This document shows positions 57,687-64,000 of a stretch of 64,000 nt of DNA, piece after piece. The DNA lies in IMG/VR virus record IMGVR_UViG_3300010259_000001, positions 1-64,000 of that record; one strand, given 5' to 3'. The notes under the pieces were generated by a model, which was given only the letters and a program-made list of their open reading frames with translations, had not been told where the DNA came from and searched no databases. The position numbers were made by a program, and so were the translations under genes. The DNA is from a virus. Numbering within the stretch: the stretch's first letter is position 1; each line of letters opens with the position of its first letter.

Positions 57687-57702
57687 GACGCTTTGCCGCT
57701 TG

Positions 57703-60700
57703 CTACTCAACGAACTCGATTTCGCCTCTGAAGGCAAGCCGCGAGCCGCAGTTGGTATTCGAGTTCGAAGCATCGTTATACGCGACGCAGTACACGAAGC
57801 CGACGTACGAGTTCGTGACGCCGCCGGAGCGAAGAACACAACGCCCAGTTGAAGCGGAGTAGTATTGACCATCACAATAATAGGTGTTGTAATTGGAATT
57901 AGACACCGTCTTACTCGGCACAACATCACAGAACCGTCCATGTCGGACACGACAAACTTCTTGGTCGGAATTGTTTACGCCTTGCACGGCTCGTTCCGTA
58001 CCATCTGCCATTCTGATGCGCCAGATATGGTCAACAACGCTGCCGCTTGGCACTTGGCTCTTGTTCTTCTTGTAGGCATCGAAACTTGCAACATTCACAG
58101 CCACATTGTCCATCCACTCCCATGCACAACCCCACCAGTCTTCAAGTCCTAATGTGCGAGGTCTGCCGGTAGTTGTCTCATAGAAAGGCGAACGGTTTGC
58201 GCCATCCGTCGTACCTGTATTGACCACACCAACGCCGACACCATTCACGGCTTGCGAGTTTCTGCGTCCGTGAATAGCCATCCACAGGTTAGCGATGTCC
58301 TTGTGCATTTCGTAGTCCACAAGTTGATAACCCTTGCCACGGCACTGCACGATGTTTTGGAAGTCCTTGCAAGTGAAGTTCAGACTGGTGCCAGCCTGTG
58401 GCAGGTTATTCGTCACGTTGCCGTTCTCGTCGTACTTCCAAATGTTGCTGGTGCTTGAAGTGCCTGTGCCTCGCTTTGGTATCGCACCGCTGATGGAACG
58501 AAGACGGTTGAGGTTATCAACACTTCCTTTGTACACGCCAATTAGTTCAAACTGGTGTTCCACCCAGTCGGGTTCAATGGCTTCAACGGCTGCACTATCT
58601 ACAGCGATGCACTCTAAATCGTCGTAGCCCTGTGGTGTGCAGAACACGAACTTGGCTGCACCTGCCGGCACATCGACAAAGACATATTCACCTTGTACGA
58701 AATCGCTGTTGGCGTGAGTGATGTAGGTGTAAACGGTGCTAATCACCTTGTCATTCTTGTCAAGGAACACTGCACCGATAAGGTTGCTGTTGATACCAGG
58801 CCACCTTACCTGCTTCATGTTCTCTACATCCATGCTGTAAACATTGTTGGCACTGCTGTCTGTCAAATTGTCAGCATCGAACACATCGCCAACATTGAAG
58901 TTGCCGACATATACACTTGAAAGACTTTTCACTAACAGGTTGCTCAACGTGTCTCGGTTTACGTTACGAGCGGTAGAACTTGGAGTATTTGTTTCTGTTG
59001 AGAAAGCAATATACTTCTTATTGTTCACATGGTCGTTGATACCCTTGTACCAGTAGTGAGGCAAGCCAAGGAACAAGTCGTAACCAGTACCATTAGTGTC
59101 TGTAATGTCAAGGTCAAGACCGTTGGCAAGGTGGTACAGGTCACTGTCACTTACCTGCTCCAACTGCATCTTATTGGTACTTTCATTGAAAGTTCCTTTA
59201 TATACATGCAACTGGCTTTGCAGTTTGGTGATGTGTCCGCTTGGGATATAACCGTCGTCAACGCCGTCAGTGGTATTGTTGTCGAGGTTTCGGATATTGC
59301 CGTCAAACTCCATTGCATCGTCAAACTCTATCAACGTATATTGCGCATTGTATAGCGTGAGGTTCGGGAAGTATGCTACAAGATTGGCAAAGATGGCATC
59401 CTCAACGAGGTTGCTCATAATCCAACTGCCGTTCATGCCGTCGCAAACATTTGTCTGCTCACTTCCTATTCCGCGAGTGCCAAGGCTCTGCATGGTTTCA
59501 AGGGTTCTGCTGTTGCCTGTCATATCGTAACTGTCTATCTGCACTTCTGCAAGACGTGCGCCAGCATTGATAACATCGGCAAGCAACTGTTGCGCGTCTA
59601 TGCTCGGGCAACCGCTTAACTGTATGCGAGTGACGTTCGCCAATCCATCAAATGATACACCGCCATTGGGATAGCCAAGACTGGGCAGGTTCACGAATGA
59701 CAGTTCCGTCATGCTTGATGGCAAAGTCAGCGTCTGCAAGGGTGACGATTGCGCAGAACTGAAAGAGCGAAGCGAGCTGCCGCTTGCCTGTACTTTCTTC
59801 AAGCGTGGGCAACCACTGGCATTCAGCGTCAGCACCTTGGTATTTCTGATGTCTATCTCTTCTAAGAATGGCATCTGTCCGAGGCTCAACGCTGACAGTA
59901 TGTCGTCGGTGTACGATGGCGTATAACTCTCTCCACCGATGATGAGTTTCCGCAATAGCGTACAGTCGGCTATAACCCAGTTGCTGTTTTTCGGTGTACA
60001 GCCGCTTAAATCAAGTTCGCTCAGTTTATCAGCACCGAAGATATAGATAAGTTTACCACCGACACCTGCAGCAGCCTCAGTAAAGGTGTGGCTCTCACCT
60101 GCGCGCAGATAGCATGAATACTTTGCGCTGCTGGTGCTGTCAACGCCCATGCCAAAGTAACCGTCCTGTGCTGCCGTAATCTTCACGGTGATGGCTCCCA
60201 TCACACGCGCTTGGAAGAAATGCTTGAACAGGTCGCCTGTCTGATAGTAGCCGTCGCGGTAGGCGAAACGCTTGCGCTGGAATGCTGGCAGACTTTCAAG
60301 ACGCAAACCGTGCAGTGCCGGATAGTGGTTGTCTGCTGCCGTCGCGGTCTCGATATACTTGCGCTGGCCGTCGAAGCTGCTCACTACCTTTGCCCACTTC
60401 AAGATGCGGTTTGTCATCCAGTAACGGTAGCTGCCTGCTGCACTGAATATCTCCAGTCCTGCGCCTGTCTTGGCAGAACGCATGGCGGCGGCGGTATTAT
60501 GCAAGGTCAGTTGTGTGCCGTTATCATCAATCCAAACGCCCTCGCCTCTTTCAAACAGGGCAAACGACTGGCGGAACATCACACCGTCCCAACCTTGGTA
60601 CAGGTGGCTGTTCGCTCCGTCCATATCCCAAGGGATAGTCAGATAACAGTCGTTGTCGGCCTCGTCAACACTATCACCATCATACCAGTGGTTGAAGTAG

Positions 60701-63700
60701 TAGCGCATGTTGCCGTCAGTCTCTTTATAGACTGCTATCATCATGTTCTTGGCTCGCTGGTCAACGGTAGCCTTATAATCCGATGCCACAATATAGTGGT
60801 TCGTGCTGTAAGGGTTGAAGTAGTGGTGCATCTCATGCTGCCACTTCAACAGACGGTTGGTCTTGGTTCCTGCTACGGTATTGCCGTCAAGGGTGATGGT
60901 GAGCGATGCACCGTCACCGTTGAAAATCTTTTCGCTGCCGTCGGGGTTCAGTGCGGCATTCTCTTCGTGGTCGTCCGTGAGGTTCTGATTACACTGCTGA
61001 CAGAATAACAGTTCACGGAACAACTGATAAGGTACCTTTCTACCCTGTGCGTACAGGTCGTTCAAATCATCATCGTCGGGGTAACGGCTCTCGTAGTATG
61101 TTGACCAGATAGGCACGTCGCCATCATCGGTGTGCAGCGTTTCAAGCATATCATCGACGCTGTTCACACCCTGCTGCCAACAGAACTCTTGATACTGGCG
61201 ATACTCGTAACACTCAACAGGGTTAAGCACTCTGCCTACAATCACCCACTTGCCAGTGCTGCTCTCGTAGGTCATGCTGCCTGTGGTGTCGCGCCATACG
61301 CCACCAGTGTACTTGTAGTACTTGCCGTCGGTGCTGCGATAGACAGTTGCCCAGTCGTAATCGCTGACATCATCTGCAGCAATCTCTGCGCCTGTTTTGT
61401 CAACCTCAACGAACTCGGCTACGGCATCGGTCTCTGTCATGGCTCCTGTGCCGTCGTTCTCTATGAAGCGCGTCTCGGGGCCACAGAACTCACTAATCAT
61501 ATAGAGCATTCCGGGGATAAGCGATGCTGAACCAGCAAGCACCGTTGCCTTGTAAGCGTCAATGTTGGTGCCTCGCGGTGTAACAATCTCCTTGAAATCG
61601 CCATAGTTCACACAGCCCTTGTTGTAGCCAGGCACATCTTCGAAGCCGAAGAAATGGGGGTTGCCCTTGTCGGCATTGAAGTTAGCCTTGCTGTGGAAGT
61701 AGGCGTTTTCGGGAAGCGTAGCGGCCTCGGAACCTTTCTCCTGTCCGATGCGGTAGTCCGTGCGGAACAATGCACAGGTAACACCATCAATGGAGGTGTG
61801 CAGCTCCTCGCTGCTATCAGTGTTGAATATCTGTGCAGGGGTCATGTAGTTTCTACCCAAGGCAATCTGAACATCATTCATCTGCTCCATCAGTGCACAG
61901 TTATTCGCACCGGCACTGTCCGAATAGTCCACCTTGATAGTGATGGTGCTGATAGGGGTGCTGCCGTCCTTGATGCGTATCTTCTTCTTTGCAGCGAGTT
62001 TCACTGCCTCGTCGTACTTGGCAAGAATGGTTTCGTCGCCATTATACATCTTGCTGACCTCTTCGCGCGTATGCAGCATGACAATGCGCTTGGCTTTCTT
62101 TGCCTTGCCTTTCTTGTTCTTGATTGCGTAGGCAAGTGTAGATGTACCTTGGTTCGTAACGGGGATAGCCTCAATCATACAGTCTGCCCAAGGACGGTCG
62201 GGGAAGTACAGATACCAGTCCATAAGCACCTGTGTCTTCTTGTCCTTGATATTCTCGATATAGTCGGGATAGTATATCTCGCTATCCGTCACGGCTGCAC
62301 CGTCCTTGCTCAGATTGGCATCAGAAGTGCGTGTCTCAACACAAACCATCACACCACGGTCAATCAACTTCTGCATATCGGGGCGAGGTTTCGTCACACC
62401 CTCTGCCGTAATGTCTGCCATCACTTGGTTCTGCTCATACTCGGTAAGCATAGCCTGCGTGTCGGTAAGGTTCACGATGTAGTTGTTGAATGCCTGTATA
62501 AAGTCATAGTAGGTGTTCCAGCGCACAATCTCATATAGATAAAGGTCGGCATCACTGCCGTCAAAGTGGATGGTGTCGCCAAATACAGGGAATGCGCTGC
62601 TGGTGTCTATTGGCACACAAGCAGCCATATCACCGTTTTGGAAGACTTTGCAAAGCATCACTCCACTGTAAGGAGCGCGTGCTTGCGGCTCTATCACGAT
62701 GTCAAATCGGTACACCACATCGTCAAGATATGAGGTCGCGGCTGTTGTATGTACGTTGGCGAGTGCCTCATCGCTATCACCGTTTGTAGTGACGATGAAC
62801 TTCTCACCAGTAAGCACGAAGCCGAGACGCTCACCAAGACACTTGATGATATGAGCGTTTCGCTTAGCGATGTTCTTCACCTTGAACGTCATTGAAAGAG
62901 CAAGTCCATTGGTAGGGATAGAGGTGCTGGCAAAAGGCTGGTCGGTACACTCTGCAGTGACGTTCTCTGCCACACGTAGCGACATGCGACCACCGCTCTG
63001 CTCGGTACCGAACGTATCAAGCACAAAGCCGTTGGTGGAGTAGTTCGAGCCGGTAACAACAATCTCTTTCTCCGTGCCGTCGGTGGCTTGGGTCTTGATG
63101 GTCTTGTCGGTGTCGGTGTTGCTCCTACCTGCGAGGCTTATCTTATACAAGGCTCCCTCGGTCTCGGCAATATCCAGCAGCGAACCGTTGACAAGCACCT
63201 CGCGCGTCTCTGCCAAAGAGGCAACGCCGCAGGTGGCATCGAAAGTAAGAGTGTCGCCCTGACTGTAACCAACGACGCGCTTCTCTATCGTGTAGTACCT
63301 GTTGCGGTACATAGAACTCTCACTAAGGGTCTCTGTCGTGTCTGTGGTCTCGTTGGTCATGGTAACCTCTACGACGCATGGGTTCTTGCTACGTTGGTAG
63401 CAGGCAAGGTCTATCTTCAGAGTCTCAAAGAGTTTCACTTCGCCGTCGCTGTCGTCGCTCCATCGTGCCACAACAATAGGCTTGTCGTAGTCGGCAACTT
63501 CCTCACGCTGCTCTATCACCATCACTGCGGTATGCAGCACGTTACCTCGCGTGCCGCTGGCTACGTCGGTACCCTGTATGCGGATGGGGTATGCACCATG
63601 TCCTAACCCTGTCGGGTCGATGCTCACATTGTGGGGATAGGTGTCGTTGACAACAACGTCCTGTAGCGTTTCCCAGTCGCCGTTCTTGTATATCTCCACA

Positions 63701-64000
63701 ACGGTTCTGATACCTCTGTCACTGGCATTGTTCGGGAAGCGATACATCGGGATAGATGTTTTCTGTCCTCCCACCTGTAACGAGGTCTCACGTGTATAGT
63801 TGAGGGTCTGCACACTCTCGCACGTTACATCAACGGCAATAATGCTGATGTTCTTTGTGGCGGTGTTGCCTCCATCGTCAGTGATAACAGCTTGCAGGGG
63901 CAATTCTCCTGCGTTCTGACACAGGCTACTCAAATCGAACTCAAAGGAGTAGTCGGTAAGTGTGGCACTCGATGCCTTTCTCGGATTGAAGAAAGCAACG
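57703..64000 (-). CDS. DGR target protein 1: giant receptor-binding / tail-fibre-like protein (5' end outside the window)
   Basis: The track start at 63933 is a TTG and the frame stays open to 64000, so the protein exceeds 2,098 aa. LRR-like block at about 59520-60050 (...LSELDLSGC...LRKLIIGG...LEEIDIRNTKVLTLNASGCPRLKKVQASG...). The C-terminal lectin-fold-like region (...LEDWWGCAWEWMDN...) ends in VR1. Confidence 0.85.
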   Translation of the reverse strand, partial: VAFFNPRKASSATLTDYSFEFDLSSLCQNAGELPLQAVITDDGGNTATKNISIIAVDVTCESVQTLNYTRETSLQVGGQKTSIPMYRFPNNASDRGIRTVVEIYKNGDWETLQDVVVNDTYPHNVSIDPTGLGHGAYPIRIQGTDVASGTRGNVLHTAVMVIEQREEVADYDKPIVVARWSDDSDGEVKLFETLKIDLACYQRSKNPCVVEVTMTNETTDTTETLSESSMYRNRYYTIEKRVVGYSQGDTLTFDATCGVASLAETREVLVNGSLLDIAETEGALYKISLAGRSNTDTDKTIKTQATDGTEKEIVVTGSNYSTNGFVLDTFGTEQSGGRMSLRVAENVTAECTDQPFASTSIPTNGLALSMTFKVKNIAKRNAHIIKCLGERLGFVLTGEKFIVTTNGDSDEALANVHTTAATSYLDDVVYRFDIVIEPQARAPYSGVMLCKVFQNGDMAACVPIDTSSAFPVFGDTIHFDGSDADLYLYEIVRWNTYYDFIQAFNNYIVNLTDTQAMLTEYEQNQVMADITAEGVTKPRPDMQKLIDRGVMVCVETRTSDANLSKDGAAVTDSEIYYPDYIENIKDKKTQVLMDWYLYFPDRPWADCMIEAIPVTNQGTSTLAYAIKNKKGKAKKAKRIVMLHTREEVSKMYNGDETILAKYDEAVKLAAKKKIRIKDGSTPISTITIKVDYSDSAGANNCALMEQMNDVQIALGRNYMTPAQIFNTDSSEELHTSIDGVTCALFRTDYRIGQEKGSEAATLPENAYFHSKANFNADKGNPHFFGFEDVPGYNKGCVNYGDFKEIVTPRGTNIDAYKATVLAGSASLIPGMLYMISEFCGPETRFIENDGTGAMTETDAVAEFVEVDKTGAEIAADDVSDYDWATVYRSTDGKYYKYTGGVWRDTTGSMTYESSTGKWVIVGRVLNPVECYEYRQYQEFCWQQGVNSVDDMLETLHTDDGDVPIWSTYYESRYPDDDDLNDLYAQGRKVPYQLFRELLFCQQCNQNLTDDHEENAALNPDGSEKIFNGDGASLTITLDGNTVAGTKTNRLLKWQHEMHHYFNPYSTNHYIVASDYKATVDQRAKNMMIAVYKETDGNMRYYFNHWYDGDSVDEADNDCYLTIPWDMDGANSHLYQGWDGVMFRQSFALFERGEGVWIDDNGTQLTLHNTAAAMRSAKTGAGLEIFSAAGSYRYWMTNRILKWAKVVSSFDGQRKYIETATAADNHYPALHGLRLESLPAFQRKRFAYRDGYYQTGDLFKHFFQARVMGAITVKITAAQDGYFGMGVDSTSSAKYSCYLRAGESHTFTEAAAGVGGKLIYIFGADKLSELDLSGCTPKNSNWVIADCTLLRKLIIGGESYTPSYTDDILSALSLGQMPFLEEIDIRNTKVLTLNASGCPRLKKVQASGSSLRSFSSAQSSPLQTLTLPSSMTELSFVNLPSLGYPNGGVSFDGLANVTRIQLSGCPSIDAQQLLADVINAGARLAEVQIDSYDMTGNSRTLETMQSLGTRGIGSEQTNVCDGMNGSWIMSNLVEDAIFANLVAYFPNLTLYNAQYTLIEFDDAMEFDGNIRNLDNNTTDGVDDGYIPSGHITKLQSQLHVYKGTFNESTNKMQLEQVSDSDLYHLANGLDLDITDTNGTGYDLFLGLPHYWYKGINDHVNNKKYIAFSTETNTPSSTARNVNRDTLSNLLVKSLSSVYVGNFNVGDVFDADNLTDSSANNVYSMDVENMKQVRWPGINSNLIGAVFLDKNDKVISTVYTYITHANSDFVQGEYVFVDVPAGAAKFVFCTPQGYDDLECIAVDSAAVEAIEPDWVEHQFELIGVYKGSVDNLNRLRSISGAIPKRGTGTSSTSNIWKYDENGNVTNNLPQAGTSLNFTCKDFQNIVQCRGKGYQLVDYEMHKDIANLWMAIHGRRNSQAVNGVGVGVVNTGTTDGANRSPFYETTTGRPRTLGLEDWWGCAWEWMDNVAVNVASFDAYKKNKSQVPSGSVVDHIWRIRMADGTERAVQGVNNSDQEVCRVRHGRFCDVVPSKTVSNSNYNTYYCDGQYYSASTGRCVLRSGGVTNSYVGFVYCVAYNDASNSNTNCGSRLAFRGEIEFVE
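57733..57847 (-). repeat. DGR variable repeat VR1
   Basis: Offset of +319 nt from TR. I count 14 mismatches, all at TR adenines (T on the plus strand). Encodes the last 45 or so residues of the target protein. Confidence 0.9.

Larger units (their letters stand above)
55920..57847 (-). mobile_element. Diversity-generating retroelement core (VR1, terminator, promoter, TR, spacer, RT)
   Basis: See the individual features. TR and VR pairs show adenine-only mismatches. Confidence 0.9.

Noticed and set aside
57648-57950. 100-aa minus-strand and 64-aa plus-strand ORFs overlapping VR1
   Set aside because: These are alternative frames of the target-gene C-terminus and its 3' UTR structures.
60211-62538. 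Plus-strand ORFs of 265 and 294 aa inside the DGR target gene
   Set aside because: They are antisense shadows of the >2,098-aa minus-strand ORF.
1-64000. CRISPR arrays, rRNA genes, IS elements or transposase genes, toxin-antitoxin pairs
   Set aside because: No regularly spaced direct repeats, no rRNA-like sequence, and no transposase motif were seen. The only retroelement is the DGR.

Overview
Almost the whole window reads as a temperate tailed phage of a Bacteroidota host. Host assignment is an inference from TAnnTTTG -7 boxes, a Bacteroides-type integrase, and DUF4373- and DUF4494-like genes. No flanking host DNA is evident.

Layout:
(i) 1-30592, minus strand: a morphogenesis operon. In transcription order it holds two Gly-rich or low-complexity proteins, one uninterrupted 6,696-aa (20.1 kb) ORF, portal, large terminase, scaffold, major capsid, two head/neck proteins, and the start of a fibre-like gene. 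A single plus-strand gene (4237-4716) interrupts it.
(ii) 30688-34373: a small-terminase-like gene, a ~400-bp repeat-rich attP-like spacer, a tyrosine integrase, and a CI-like repressor operon facing an operator-rich divergent switch.
(iii) 34374-51511, plus strand: early, recombination and replication genes (Xis-like HTH, RecT, PD-(D/E)XK nuclease, SNF2 helicase, HU, DUF1064, DnaD-like initiator, DnaC-like loader). These are followed by a DNA-modification cluster (C5 and N4/N6 methyltransferases) and a 920-aa protein with its own promoter.
(iv) 51647-64000, minus strand: three tandem paralogues, a lysis cassette, and a diversity-generating retroelement (DGR). The DGR comprises a reverse transcriptase, a 115-nt template repeat (TR), and a >2,098-aa LRR plus lectin-fold receptor-binding protein carrying VR1.

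Most notable points:
- The DGR has a second, remote variable repeat (VR2) about 13 kb away. It lies inside a 206-aa protein with no signal peptide, next to the methyltransferases.
- Every TR/VR mismatch in both VRs falls on a TR adenine.
- No Avd gene is visible.
- The 6,696-aa ORF looks like a polyvalent, probably capsid-delivered, multi-domain protein. Recognisable parts are a ParB-like region, a family-I pyrophosphatase-like domain, a DarB-like adenine-methylase plus SNF2-helicase module, and an HExxH site.

From memory, DGR targets nested among defence-related genes were reported for the candidate gut-phage family Quimbyviridae. I cannot verify membership without a search.

No rRNA, tRNA or CRISPR array was recognised.
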